A stretch of 63,973 bases of DNA, counting the filler, from Octopus bimaculoides (lineage: Eukaryota): the NCBI RefSeq assembly GCF_001194135.2. It is 6 parts of 6 records of this genome, joined end to end, with 100 filler letters (N's around TTAATTAATTAA, not from the genome) between each part and the next. Parts side by side here need not be neighbours in the genome. Positions count along the whole stretch, not along the records: positions 12,029 to 24,158 come from NC_068985.1; positions 24,259 to 37,300 come from NC_068989.1; 4 more parts are not named here. One strand, written 5' to 3'. Both the position numbers and the translations under genes were made by a program. Every line of letters starts with the position of its first letter. Position 1 is the stretch's first letter. Below, one piece after another: positions 12,753 through 25,409 of this stretch. The notes beneath the pieces are model-generated. The model searched no databases and was not told the origin of the DNA. It saw only the letters and a program-made list of their open reading frames with translations.

Positions 12753-14286
12753 GATAACTTTAATTGTGGTAAGGTCAGTAGATATAGAGGTCGAAAAAAA
12801 CAGTCAAAATTGATGTCAGGAGATACAGAGTGTTTTCGCCGTTGACGCGTAAATAAGAGAGCCTGATTGCGTCTTACTGGTAGCTATAAAAATCTAACTT
12901 CTCTACTTGTTTGAAGTTACAGTAAGTTAAGACTAGTTGTTTATTTCTTTCATCGTAAGCACGCTGGTACACCTGGAGTAGAACAACAATAACTGAGGTA
13001 CATTGTTTTGTTAGCCGCATGGCGAACCAGAAGCAATTTCTGTAAATAAAGGATGTAATATACCCGGGGAAGAATAGGATTTGAAGTGAAATGATATGGA
13101 TGATTGAAAGAATTGAAATTATTACCAAAACTACACGGAGTGCTAAACGTTATAAATATTATACCAAAGTATCCCGAGGTGGGTACGTTGACATTATATT
13201 TAGAGATGAGTGACGATGACCAGTTAGATATAGGGAAAATAGAAACCAGATTAAAAGAAGCTTCACCACGTTAAGAAGGGTTAATTGGATCGGGTACCGG
13301 GCACCGGGTAACTGCTGGGTGTGAAATGCTTATATGATAAGGTTGTTTGGTTTGAGTGGATTTATCTACGGAAGGTTGGAAAGATTGGCTAAACTGAAAT
13401 TCGTGATTGGCTTCCTTGATCAACTTCCCTGACATTGAAACCTGGGAGACTTAGCAATCTCTTTGACTTGAAATCTACCTTTCAAATCTACAGCTTTGTG
13501 TAGCTGAGATGTCTGCTGACAATATTATAAAGATACGACGTTCTGTTACACTAAAATTCAATTTAGACTGAACTCCATACCAAAGATCATTAATAAAGAC
13601 TGTCTTCATTGCAATATGGAAGGAATGAACATAATGAAAGGGACCATAATTCCTACATATATAATATTTGGATGAAGGAAATAGTGGTGATAACGACAAC
13701 TGTCAAAGGTCATCAGAAAAGTTTCGGGTTTGACTGCAAAACTATCGGAATCGATGGCAGGAGGAACAGTATTAGGCGATTAGGACAGGGAGTGTGATTG
13801 ATGTTACAATGATGCTGAATAACACATTCTTGGGAGGAAGCCGATGGATGAGGTGCTATAGTACTGCGTTTCGTTCAGAATCACTGAAAGAGATGCTCGA
13901 GAAGTAGAATATCAAATGTTTCTTTCGAGTTGCGTACGAGTACGGCTTCATAGAGAGACGCTATTGAACAATGAAGAACATGGCAGAAAGGAACCATATC
14001 TCTCTGGTTGATGCAGTATCTTAGTATAGCAAGTCACCAAGGTCAACGGAGGAGGAGGAGGAGGAGTAGTTTCAGAAAGCAATGTTCGTGTATGAATGGA
14101 TACATCTGAGTGTAGAATTGATAGACAAAGGCCCGCATCTGTTTTGATTGGAGATAAGGTTTAGCAATAACTAAAATATTTACATCACTTTTTTTTTCAC
14201 AACTTCAAACTTATGTAGTTACAAAAATATTGTCATTGTTTAGGTCTTCTGAATGCACAATAATGTTATTTTATTATTCCTTGTAG

Positions 14287-14510
14287 GTTTGGTCGACTAC
14301 CATATCATGCGAAAATTTAAAAACCTTGATGACTATACAATAGAATTCCTCATTCAAGCCAATGACGATTCAGATACAGTGAAGACAACCTGCACACATG
14401 TTCTGAAGGGCAAAAACCCTATGCAGGGTATCGGTTCGTGCGAAATTAAAGTTGTTAATGATTCAATCGTCGCTATCAACCTTAACGGAGATTGTATTGT
14501 GCTAAAATAA
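14287..14510 (+). CDS. Probable terminal coding exon of an unidentified gene
   Basis: Acceptor ttttattattccttgtAG, phase 1. Open, non-repetitive frame GLVDYHIMRKFKNLDDYTIEFLIQAND...SIVAINLNGDCIVLK-stop. AATAAA at 14509-14514 and 14813-14818 in an AT-rich UTR-like flank. Confidence 0.55.
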
Positions 14511-16149
14511 TAAAATCACAATCCAGCTAACAAGAACGCTATTCGCTGCTTTTGTAGAGGATGCATTATTTTCTACTTATTTATAATGCTATTTCTTCCA
14601 TGTTCATTTAAAAACTTTTGAAATAATCCATTATCCTTTAACTTCTATATTATTTTGAAATTAAACCAACTTTAAGAGATCAAAACCTGTTTTTGCTTCA
14701 CTAACTACCACTAACAAGCAGGATAAACAACCATAATGTAACATGAAAAATTCCACTAACATGAACTTTCGGATATTTTGGTTTATTGCACATAGTGACA
14801 ATCAACAAAATTAATAAAACATTTTAAAAATGACACTAGTTGTTTAACTGATCTGTAATTTATTATTGGTGTATAAATAGAAAAGAACTGAAGCAGAAGC
14901 CGACTTGATTTTTCCAACAGTACGTATTTTGTACATCATACAGTCATCAGCCACGCTATAATAGTGTTTGTGTTTTTTAAACAAGCTTTCATTGTTAGTT
15001 GAAGTATATATTCCCTTCAGCTTTATTTAAAGTATTAACTGGAAAGCTTTATAAACTTGAAAACATTTTAAGTAGCGAACGATAATGTTGGTTACAGATA
15101 AGAGTATAGCTTTCTGATGGCAACATAGAATATGTGTACACTGCAACATTTCGAAATTAAAACTGGTGATAATAATACATTAGGGTAACTAATAAAGAAA
15201 AGGACGATAGAAGTGTCAGTGAGGGAAATTTCTTCTAAAAGCACAAGAATCCAGTTTAGCTATATCATGGATATTAAACAATTCAAGACAAGCAAAATAA
15301 CGAGGAACGAAAATCCGAAACTAAGTATTTCAACCAGTAATTTATATTCACAAAAATAAAAGGTTGTTCCAAACTAAATTAAGTCGAATTTAGATTGACC
15401 GAGAGAAACTGTACATAATATAGTGGTCATTTTAAAATATCTTACAATAAATACAACAAAAAGAATTTATAAGACGCTGATTAAAAAAAAGTGAGAAAAA
15501 ATCGTGTACAAAGTTTACCAAATGAATAATGATTTACACAAACAGAAAAAATAGTTTTGTCATAATAAGATCAAGTTTGGCGAAAAATACAAACCTCACT
15601 TCTCTCAACTAAAAATAGCAGTCAATAAATATCTGAACTCTAATTACAATGACAAGAATATTAAAGTAAATGAATGACCAGCAAAAATATACTTGCTAGA
15701 AACAAGAATCAATAACATTTATGTTTAGCTAAAATAAAGAAGATAATAATCTTTGAAAAATCACAGAAAAATTTCCTGCTAACCAACTCATAGCTTGTTT
15801 TCTTATTGTTAGAACGAACCTTTGGCATGTAATCTGCTGGTGAACGTCTTGTTTGGAAATTAATCACGAAAGAAAATTCTCAATAAATATATGAAGAACG
15901 AATCGGTATTGTCATCTTTAAGAATTATAGTGTAATGTTTGTCGTTTTGTTTCTAAAGTGTGAGTTAGAAATTTTTGCTTGAAACAACAACCCAAATTGT
16001 TCTGTCACTTATGACAGAATTTAATGAAAGGAAGAATTAAAGAAAACAAAGTAAGCTGAAGGAACATTTTTATAAGGATACACAGGGGATTGTTTGGTTA
16101 AGGATACTTTTCTGTCAGTGATCTCTCGCTTCTTTTGGTAGCGACATAT

Positions 16150-16430
16150 ATGACTGCGTTCGCGTCATGTTCACGCTTATCAGCAACAACATTGTGCCGC
16201 ATAGAGAGGTAGTACCGTGACGACATTTTAGGACAGCTGCTAATCACATGCGTGATGTCTTCCAGGGAAACATGACATAGCCTACACATGCGGTTGCACC
16301 TTGGGATTACAAGAGCGTCATTGTTCCTCTTGTTCACCAGGCAATCTCCTGTTCCTGGATTGCAAGCGCATAGTCCTCAAAGTGTGATGTGATGTAGCAG
16401 TCATGTGTCCAAGAGAAGTTGCGCTTCGTG
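16150..16430 (-). mobile_element. R4/Dong-like (RLE-type) non-LTR remnant, CCHC knuckle
   Basis: CRLCHVSLEDITHVISSCPKMSSRYYLSMRHNVVA. Confidence 0.8.
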
Positions 16431-16889
16431 TCAATTTTACTCTCTTCTTTAAGATGTATGTATGTAAGTATATATGTATGTATATATGTATACGTGCACA
16501 CTTAAACACACAATGGTAGCAAACAATTAGAATTAGCGCTAAATATTGCATTTAGCGGATGAGTATTCTTTATACCAATGGCTTCATGCTGAAAACATTC
16601 ACAATTTTTCAAGTGTTTCACTATAAGATGTTGGTAATCACGTCCAATACCTTGTGCCGAGTCTACATCCTTGACTTTGATAGCATCCCACTCCTTTAAT
16701 ACGTGCCCTTTTGCATTCGCATCGCACCTCTGTCTCTTGTCTTTCGCATCACACAATTTTGCAATAGGCCCATGGGTCCGTAAGTTTAAGAAGAAGAAAA
16801 ATCGTTGAGATCTATATGAATTTACTTCTGAGTTTCAAAAAGCTACACAGAGACGAAAACGCAATGGCGCAACGAAAAATCTAACACCC

Positions 16890-17035
16890 CATAAAATAAC
16901 TAAAAATTTAATGATACGAGAAAAAGATCCCCTAATATTTAAATGGTTCCTGGGCCACTATCTCCAGCGAATTCCAGATAAACCACCTGCCCCCAGATAT
17001 CTCTGCAAACAATAACGCTCTACTCGAATGGGCTA
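16890..17035 (+). mobile_element. CR1/L2-like LINE extreme 3' coding remnant
   Basis: FKWFLGHYLQRIPDKP...NALLEW resembles the FKxxLDxxLxxIPDxP...NSLxxW terminus. Confidence 0.55.
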
Positions 17036-17788
17036 CGGTGCCCATAAAATAGCTAGTATGAAGCAGTTTTAAATGTCTTTTCCAGATGGTGCTATTAAGT
17101 TAGACATGGCCTGGACCAATGCTGGCTGAAACTTATATAAGTTCCAAGTCTTGCACTTAATATCTTCACGCTGCTTTGATCCCCTAGGAAAACAGTTACA
17201 GCGGCTGTACACGGACAGAATGTTTTCTATGCTTCTCCCTTTGTATGCCAAGAGCATAGCTATCTGAAAATATATTTATCTCATTACTTATCTAATTTAA
17301 AACAAGTTCGCCAAAGTTAATGTCATTCTCGTTTAAATACACTGCCTATAGTGTTAGAGTATGAAAAGGTGGGTGTTATAAGATTCCCAAAAGAATCTCA
17401 AAATATCTTTCTTCTAAAACTGTCAGGAATTCTTTCAGAGCTGTCAAGGAAAGTTTCAAAATGACTAAACTTAGTTGTTTTTTTTTTCAATTTACGCTCA
17501 TCCACTCTTTCTCTCTCTCTCCTACTATATATGCATGTGTGTGTGTATTACTGGTGAAGGCAGGCTTATAGGGTTACCCTGGGTTTCTTGCCATAAAGAG
17601 TATCTTTATGGAGTATCATCCGACCCTAAGACTTGTTGGCTTATGACCTCTTTAAAGTATGGAGGGGGAAACAAACCGGAAATAAACAATGGGGATTATC
17701 TCCCTCTTCTGCTGGTCATTGGCCACCGGCTATGTCGTCCTCCTTCAGCTACACCACCATATATATATTATATTTATATATATTATAT

Positions 17789-17819
<31 letters not shown>

Positions 17820-17997
17820 CGTACACACACATATACATACATACACACACATGCATACATGCATACATACATACACAGACACACACACATACACACACAC
17901 ACATATATATATACATACATACATACATACATGCATACATACATACATACATACATACATGCATACATACATACATGCATACATACATACATACATA

Positions 17998-18834
17998 TGT
18001 AACGACCGTGTGATGAGATGAGGAGAATGACTGCCACAATAAGAAAGAATTGAATGGAACAGACATGTGCCAGATTGGTAAGAGAAACAACCGCATAAGA
18101 ATATTTAAGGGAACTTTTATTAACATGTGTGTCTGTGTGTCCGTCATGAATACAGAAATAAATTGACAGGCCATCGTGAGAAGAAAGTTCATAGACAAAA
18201 TGGTGATAATATACCAGTTTGTAGTTGGTCGTAATACTGTATCAAGAAGGGATGGCTGTGCTGCTGGACTGGTTACAGGTACGCGTTGTAGGTGAAGTCA
18301 TGGCTTTGATGCTGGGCTTGGTCACTTGGTACAGGAGTTTATGCAGGTCGTATGTTCGCTGTTGATTCGTAGCGAGATGATTCACTTAACAGTGAGCGAT
18401 TGGAAATGTTGACGTTAGGACGCGATGGTAGCGACGGAGATGGAGGTTGCCGAATGCTGTTTGACGAAGTTAGTAAGTTAGTAACGTCTGCTGCAATGGT
18501 AGCGTGCTGTCTGGCGTCGTCGCTGGAACTGGCTGTGTCTATGTGGTCAGTGGCTTGACCATAAAAGGTCAGTAACCAAAGACGTATTGGGGAAAAACTG
18601 GGTTTTTATAGGGACTAGGAGCCTCGAAACAAGGTTCGAAAAAATGTTGTTCACAGGATACTATCCGGAGCCTCTGACTGGCTATCTGCGGTTAGTTGGA
18701 ACAACAGAGTAGGAGACAAATTGCGCCAATACCAACCAATCAGAGTAGTGGACACAAAGGGATACAAACAGCGGCCGAAGGCCTATTGTTCCCTGCTACG
18801 TTCGAATGCACGTATATTTAGAGTCTATACTACA
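17998..18834. mobile_element. Possible solo LTR
   Basis: Starts TGTAACGACC, may end ...CTACA; higher GC than the flanks; embedded in (TACA)n, so the TSD cannot be read. Confidence 0.3.
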
Positions 18835-19418
18835 CACATATATATATACATACACACACATGCACACACATATACCTTCATACATACATACATACATACA
18901 TACATACATACATACATACATGCATGCATGCATACATACATACATACATACATACATACATACATACATACATACATACATGATGGCCGTCCACTCGTGA
19001 CCGAGGAAAACCATTGCCGACNNNNNNNNNNNNNNNNNNNNNNNNNNNNNNNNNNNNNNNNNNNNNNNNNNNNNNNNNNNNNNNNNNNNNNNNNNNNNNN
19101 NNNNNNNNNNNNNNNNNNNNNNNNNNNNNNNNNNNNNNNNNNNNNNNNNNNNNNNNNNNNNNNNNNNNNNNNNNNNNNNNNNNNNNNNNNNNNNNNNNNN
19201 NNNNNNNNNNNNNNNNNNNNNNNNNNNNNNNNNNNNNNNNNNNNNNNNNNNNNNNNNNNNNNNNNNNNNNNNNNNNNNNNNNNNNNNNNNNNNNNNNNNN
19301 NNNNNNNNNNNNNNNNNNNNNNNNNNNNNNNNNNNNNNNNNNNNNNNNNNNNNNNNNNNNNNNNNNNNNNNNNNNNNNNNNNNNNNNNNNNNNNNNNNNN
19401 NNNNNNNNNNNNNNNNTG

Positions 19419-19640
19419 CTAGATACGTGCTCTCTCAAAAGTGTCGATCCCCTCCTTAACCTGCTTCCTCCATCCGTGGCGATGACAGGCATTGTTCTCC
19501 CAGTCAGTGTCCTGCATATCACAGGTCTTTAATGAAGACTTGACACAGTCCTTAAATCGCAGCCTTGGTTTCTGCCGGAGTCTCCTTCCATTCACAAGTT
19601 CTCCATATAGCATCTGCTTAGGAATCCTGTTATCCTTCAT
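19419..19640 (-). mobile_element. RTE LINE 3' fragment
   Basis: MKDNRIPKQMLYGELVNGRR...PRLRFKDCVK...WRKQV. Confidence 0.88.
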
Positions 19641-19939
19641 TCTAATAAGGTGTCAAGTCCATCGTAACCGGTTCTTGTGCATACATACATACATACATAC
19701 ATACACACGTATGTATATAATGTATATACATGTATTGAATTAGTGGCGGGGCGTGCAATACATTTGCCCCAATATCGGCATAATGCCATACAAAGCATTG
19801 AAATCTCCAAATACAACATAAATGGAGACAAAATATAACAACATAGAGAGAGTACTTAAAAACTGGGGTTGATAGCATGTATGTTTGCGTGTGTATGTAT
19901 ATATGTAAATATGTGTGTGTGCGTGTGTGATTCTCTATG

Positions 19940-20316
19940 CCGATTGCTTGCTCTTGAACTTCTTAGGTCTTGGAGAAGAGAAACGTATTTTCATAATCCG
20001 TTTCTGGATCACAAAGATATAGACATGTTTCATCCCATGTCATCAGATGGGGTAAAAAAAAAACCTTAGCATTCTTCCAGCAAATCAGAGCAATCTCCAT
20101 ACTTCTCTCCTTCAAATTGGTTGTCAACTGCTGAGATTTAAATAAAAATTCAATGGGTCTAAACGAGAATATTTAGTCAGTTCAGGTGAACCAGTTGTTT
20201 TAGCAACATTGACTTGTTGAATTCCTCACATGGTAGAGCAGATAAGAAGCAGTTGTCAGTATTCTTTAGGGTATGAAGTTTCGGCGACTTCAGTTCTTGA
20301 ATTGCATGCATCACGT
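19940..20316 (-). mobile_element. Degenerate mariner transposase fragment
   Basis: Reads LMTWDETCLYLCDPET...SPRPKKFKSKQSA (mariner VTGDETW...YDPE...SPRPKK motif). Confidence 0.75.
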
Positions 20317-20788
20317 NNNNNNNNNNNNNNNNNNNNNNNNNNNNNNNNNNNNNNNNNNNNNNNNNNNNNNNNNNNNNNNNNNNNNNNNNNNNNNNNNNNN
20401 NNNNNNNNNNNNNNNNNNNNNNNNNNNNNNNNNNNNNNNNNNNNNNNNNNNNNNNNNNNNNNNNNNNNNNNNNNNNNNNNNNNNNNNNNNNNNNNNNNNN
20501 NNNNNNNNNNNNNNNNNNNNNNNNNNNNNNNNNNNNNNNNNNNNNNNNNNNNNNNNNNNNNNNNNNNNNNNNNNNNNNNNNNNNNNNNNNNNNNNNNNNN
20601 NNNNNNNNNNNNNNNNNNNNNNNNNNNNNNNNNNNNNNNNNNNNNNNNNNNNNNNNNNNNNNNNNNNNNNNNNNNNNNNNNNNNNNNNNNNNNNNNNNNN
20701 NNNNNNNNNNNNNNNNNNNNNNNNNNNNNNNNNNNNNNNNNNNNNNNNNNNNNNNNNNNNNNNNNNNNNNNNNNNNNNNNNNNNNNNN

Positions 20789-21880
20789 GTGTCTCAAAAA
20801 ACGTATACACATTTTAAATAATTGTAAAGTAGGTGTTTATTAAAATACATTTCATTTTCAAAATTTAATAGAATCTACAGACATTATTTAATTGTTTTGT
20901 CAACGCCTGTTTCAAACTGGCGTCGGTTCTGGTCTAGGCACTGCCGAAAACGCGAAGCAATGAAATCGCAAACATTACAAAACAATTCGTTTGGTATTTG
21001 TGTGCATTCTCGTTCAGCGGCTGTTCTCAAATCAGCGACTGTTGCAGGTTTCATAGCGTAGACTTTGTCGTTTAGGTATCCCCATATCCCCATAAAAAAA
21101 TCCAGTGGTGTGAAGTCTGGCGAACGCAGAGGGTATTCAACGAAACTCCTTCGTCCAATCCACCTGTTTGGCAAGGCCTCATCAAGGAAGGATCTAACAT
21201 CGCGATGGTAGTGTGGGGGTGCTCCATCTTGCTGAAAATAAAACTCCTCGTCTTCAAAGATTTCTCTAATACTTCGCATGACAGACTGTTGCAGCAAGTT
21301 CAAGTAAACGAGACCTGTCACAGTAGCGTCAAAAAAGAATGGTCCAGTTAATCCTCTTGATGATAAGTCACACCACACTGTAACTCCTGGTAAATTAGCA
21401 TGGTGTTCCACCATAACATGCGGATTCTCAGGTCCCCAGTAGGTGCAAATGTGGCGGTTAATTGAACCATTTAATTTGAATGTGGCTTCATCACTCCACA
21501 CAGTCTTTGTTGGAAAGTGTGGATCTTCTAAACATCGTGCCAAGTACCACTCGAAATACTGCACTCTTCGGTCTGGATCATCGTCATTAATAGCATGGAC
21601 TAATCTTGGAACGTAACTTTTCCATTGACAACGCTTGAAAATGCGTTGGACAGACGATTTTGAAATCCTTACCTCACGACTCGCTTGCCGCACAGATTTT
21701 CTTGAACTTTGATGATACATTTCCAGCACTCCTTCTTGCTTTGTTGGGGTTGTCGATGTTCGTGGTCCTCCAGAACTCTTCTCGTGGATATTCTGAACAG
21801 TTCCATCGGTTTCAAACTCATCTGTAATTCAAGCGATGGCAAGTCGCGTTGGTGATACCTAATGCCTCGCTTTCAGCTAG
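20789..21880 (-). mobile_element. Tc1/mariner DD41D (rosa/Visitor-type) transposon; 281-aa open frame at 20884-21729
   Basis: Catalytic motifs [17 protein letters not shown] and [11 protein letters not shown], with 41 residues counted between the 2nd and 3rd Asp. TIR-like end GTGTCTCAAAAAACGTATACAC next to the gap. The N-terminal region has stops. Confidence 0.9.
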
Positions 21881-22039
21881 AAGAGAAGAAAATGAGTTTC
21901 CTAATATCACACAACGTGAGAATCAAAGGGATTGAAAGGTTTCGAATTACAAGACTATGCTATAGAAAATCAGGACCTCATTGAGGAGAAATACATACGG
22001 AATGATAGCGATTCATTTGCCGTTATGAATGATAATAGG

Positions 22040-24158
22040 AGAGTGGTATGAAAGTGAGTTGTTGAGTGAGGAAAATGTATGAAAATGAAAGGAGTTACCT
22101 TATATTGACCAGAGGATCAACTACACAAGTTGACAGCAGTGCGACTGATAGAGAGATTAAGAGCATGAAAGCAAGTAAGGCAACCAGTCCATCAAGAATA
22201 GTCTGTGAGATTATTAAAACATCTAAGGAGGGTAGAGCACGCGCAATTCATGTACATAGTTAATCAGGTAGCAGAGTAAGGTACCGTATCCAGTCTCTAG
22301 CATAACAGTATCATCGTCAGCTGCTACAAGGTCAAAAGGGGATATTGCAGAGAGAAAATTACAGAGCATCAAGTTGATGGGCCAGGTTATGAAAGTTACT
22401 GAAAGAGTCTCAGCACAATTGGCTGTGAAGAGAATTAGCTTAGATGAGATGCACTTCGGGTTTTCACCGGGAGACCACTGCAGAAATACTTAGCTAAGAG
22501 TATGCTACTATACCTAGCAATTGTAAACCTAGAGAAGACCTTTGACTGAATCTCACAATCATGAAGGCAACTAAGAATAGATTAATGGCTAGTGACAAGT
22601 ATGTAAGCTATGTAGAAAGGTGCAGTCTGCCAAGTGAGCGCTACAAATGCATACGACAACGAATTTATTGTGCAACTCTCAACCTCGCTTCTATTTATCC
22701 CAACAGAGGATTTTAAGACAGGCTATCCATAAGAATTCCAATATGTTGTTGACCTAGTTCTTATAACTGAACATGTAGTAGTGTTAGAGAAATTCCAGAG
22801 GTGGAACAAAACTTAAAATCTTGTAATAAAATTATGGAAGTTTTAGTAAGTAGAAGAAATGGTGGAACCCTCCTATCACCAGGGAAATGGATATGATCGA
22901 TATGAAAGGAAAAAAATAGGCAAAAATTCTATACAGTATATCCAGTATAACAATGGACGTGCAAGAGATGTACTGGAATCATCGGCTAACATAGAAAATA
23001 AGCTTCGTATACAGTAAGGTGTGCAGGAACCGTAAAACACTTAGAGTTCATCGGAAATAGATTCCCTCAAATACCCTTCTAATTTCCTAGGAGTAAAAAA
23101 TCGGTTTTTTTGCACCGTATACATCGAGAACGGGAACGATTATTAACATATTTATTCTGAATACATTTAGGTAGCTTCAGGTGCAAAATATGCTCGTCGC
23201 TGTACTGTATGTCATAGGAGAATAACTTCTCTCTTTTACAATGACAGTGTTCGGCACATTCGGCTCACTAGTGCACAGGATTCTGGGACATCGTTTCGAC
23301 GTGTGTCACATCAGCCAAAGTAGGTGTAACCGGGTACTGCTAACTAACATTGGTCCTTGAAACTACACATATTGGGAGAGTAGCTCTTCCTCTATACGAA
23401 CGTACTACTCAACATTAGTTTCCATCACAAACAATGCATTTGTTTGTGATGGAAACCAGCGTTGAACCCAACTCTTGAATTCTGTTTGATAAAAAAAAAA
23501 AACAGTGTCCCAGAATTCCGTGTGCCATTGAGCCGACTGTGTTGAACATACTGTTGTCGTAAAAGAAAGAAGTCATACTTCTACGACGTACAAAACAGCG
23601 ACTAACATATTTTGCATTTGAACCTGCCTAAACGTATTAAGAATAAGCAAATAATCGTTTCTAGAAGTAATTCATAATTTTTGTACATCAGCTAATCTAA
23701 TAAGCAGTGAATGTGGATGCTCTATAAGTATAGTAATCATCTGGAAAATCTTATGGAACAATTACCTCTGCTAGCAACAAAGTATTTTCCCGAGTTAAGA
23801 GCAGATTGTATGATGCCTGTGTACGATGTGCGATGCTGAATGACAGTGTGACATAGGCATTGATTGCAAAGGATTTGTGAACACTTGTGAGAAATGAAGT
23901 GAGCATACACTACTGGGTGTGCAATGTTAGTGAGCATGAACAGCGTAACGCAAATGAGTAGAGAGAAAAACTTGATACACAAGGACTCAAATGTGTGCAA
24001 AGTAAAAAGACTGCGCCGTTATGGCCATGTGATACATATGGAGGGTGTCATTTGCATAAAATAGTGCAGGGTGACCAAAGTATGTGTAACTTAGGAAGAC
24101 ATGGGGTGAAGTAGTGACAACTGATTTCAGAACACCGAGTTTCACAGTGGAGAGGGAA
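22040..24158 (+). mobile_element. Highly degenerate RTE-like LINE interrupted by a foldback MITE
   Basis: Remnants MKASKATSPS, NLEKTFD, LYDACVRCAML...RLRRYGHVIHM on either side of 23135-23659. Confidence 0.6.
23135..23659. mobile_element. Long-TIR foldback MITE with internal perfect hairpin
   Basis: Arms of about 155 bp (23135-23290 and 23506-23659) align as diverged reverse complements. Internal 15-bp perfect stem GTTTCCATCACAAAC/GTTTGTGATGGAAAC at about 23418-23456. Confidence 0.75.
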
Positions 24159-24258
24159 NNNNNNNNNNNNNNNNNNNNNNNNNNNNNNNNNNNNNNNNNN
24201 NNTTAATTAATTAANNNNNNNNNNNNNNNNNNNNNNNNNNNNNNNNNNNNNNNNNNNN
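24159..24258. other. Artificial scaffold spacer
   Basis: 44 N + TTAATTAATTAA + 44 N. Confidence 0.97.
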
Positions 24259-24671
24259 GATATTCGCACTTCTTGTTACTTTCATTTACAACCGGATCGA
24301 TTTTTCTTTCTCTCTGTTCGGAGGTAGTTAAAGTAAGTAGCTAATAAAATAGGGAGATTTGGTGTAAACGTCTAAACCCATAAAATGTGGTGCGCCGACA
24401 TAAGCATCGTCCAATTTTTGAAACTAGTCAGAAATAAAGAGAACGCAGGAATACTCCTGAAGCCAATAAACTTCAGCTTCTTCTTTCTTTAACGATACTT
24501 ATTCCACCTTCTCGTCTCCGACCTGTTCGAATATACCAATATATCCATATATATTCTTTGATTTGCGACACTATGTAGACTCTTATAATTTCGGACCTGA
24601 ACGAAGTTAAAGTCATTTCGCAAACATTTACTAATATATTTACAACTATTTGGGTTTTTTTCTTTTTGCAG

Positions 24672-24811
24672 GAAGTCTTCAGAGTGCCGAGGAACGGAGG
24701 CTACTGGAAACACTTTTTGCTTCCTACAACCCTCTTGAACGTCCCGTTGCCAACCATACAGACACTCTATTGGTTCTTTTTGGAATTACGTTACAACAGA
24801 TCATCGATGTT
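24672..24811 (+). CDS. CHRNA7-like: nAChR alpha7-like subunit, internal exon equivalent to CHRNA7 exon 2 (N-terminal helix and beta1)
   Basis: Acceptor ttttttctttttgcAG and donor GTT|GTAAGT; 140 nt, phase 1 to 0. Encodes (G)SLQSAEERRLLETLFASYNPLERPVANHTDTLLVLFGITLQQIIDV, with the YNxLERPVAN and LQQIIDV motifs of alpha7/ACR-16/Dalpha5-7 subunits. Confidence 0.95.
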
Positions 24812-25189
24812 GTAAGTATAAACTTATACTACACCTTCATACATGTATTTATTAAAGAGACAGTCACATTTAAATTACACACACACGTACAAATAAAACA
24901 CTCTAAGTATTTTCATATATGTTAGGTAGTTTTAGTAAGTTTTGTACGTCCAGTATGTTTAGGTAGAGAGAAAGTTAAAGTTTGATAACGAAGTGTAAAT
25001 CTCAATGTATCGTGGTTAAGCAACAACAATTTTTTTATTTACGAAAGCATTCAATACTTTTTGTCGAATCGAATTTATTACTTGTATCAATTGACTTCTT
25101 TAACTTGCTACTTATTCAGTCACAATTGTTGAGTGACCGTAGTGACAAAACGTGAAGCCCGTACTAACCCTGTTTATATGTGCATTATT

Positions 25190-25241
<52 letters not shown>

Positions 25242-25409
25242 ATGTGTGCGTGTAAACATACATACATATATGCTCTCATCCAAGATGGAGACAAGAATCA
25301 ATTTTCCCATGTGGCAGGCTTGATAATTGTTGAGAGATTTTCTCTGCATGAAACCAGTGGTCGCATTATTAACATGCAAATAAAAAATATCTATCCACCA
25401 ATGCGGTAT

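Noticed and set aside
16502-16756. 84-aa minus-strand ORF (LKEWDAIKVKD...) as an exon
   Set aside because: Splice signals are weak, it lies between two LINE remnants, and no frame gives a recognisable domain.
17086-17270. Acceptor plus frame DGAIKLDMAWTNAG-TGA-NLYKF... as a selenocysteine or readthrough exon
   Set aside because: No recognisable homology or SECIS; a single in-frame TGA is expected by chance.
25284-25330. DGDKNQFSHVAGLII as a duplicated, mutually exclusive nAChR exon 3 (as in insect alpha6 3a/3b)
   Set aside because: No in-phase AG acceptor, no loop D Trp and no donor at 45 nt; chance similarity.
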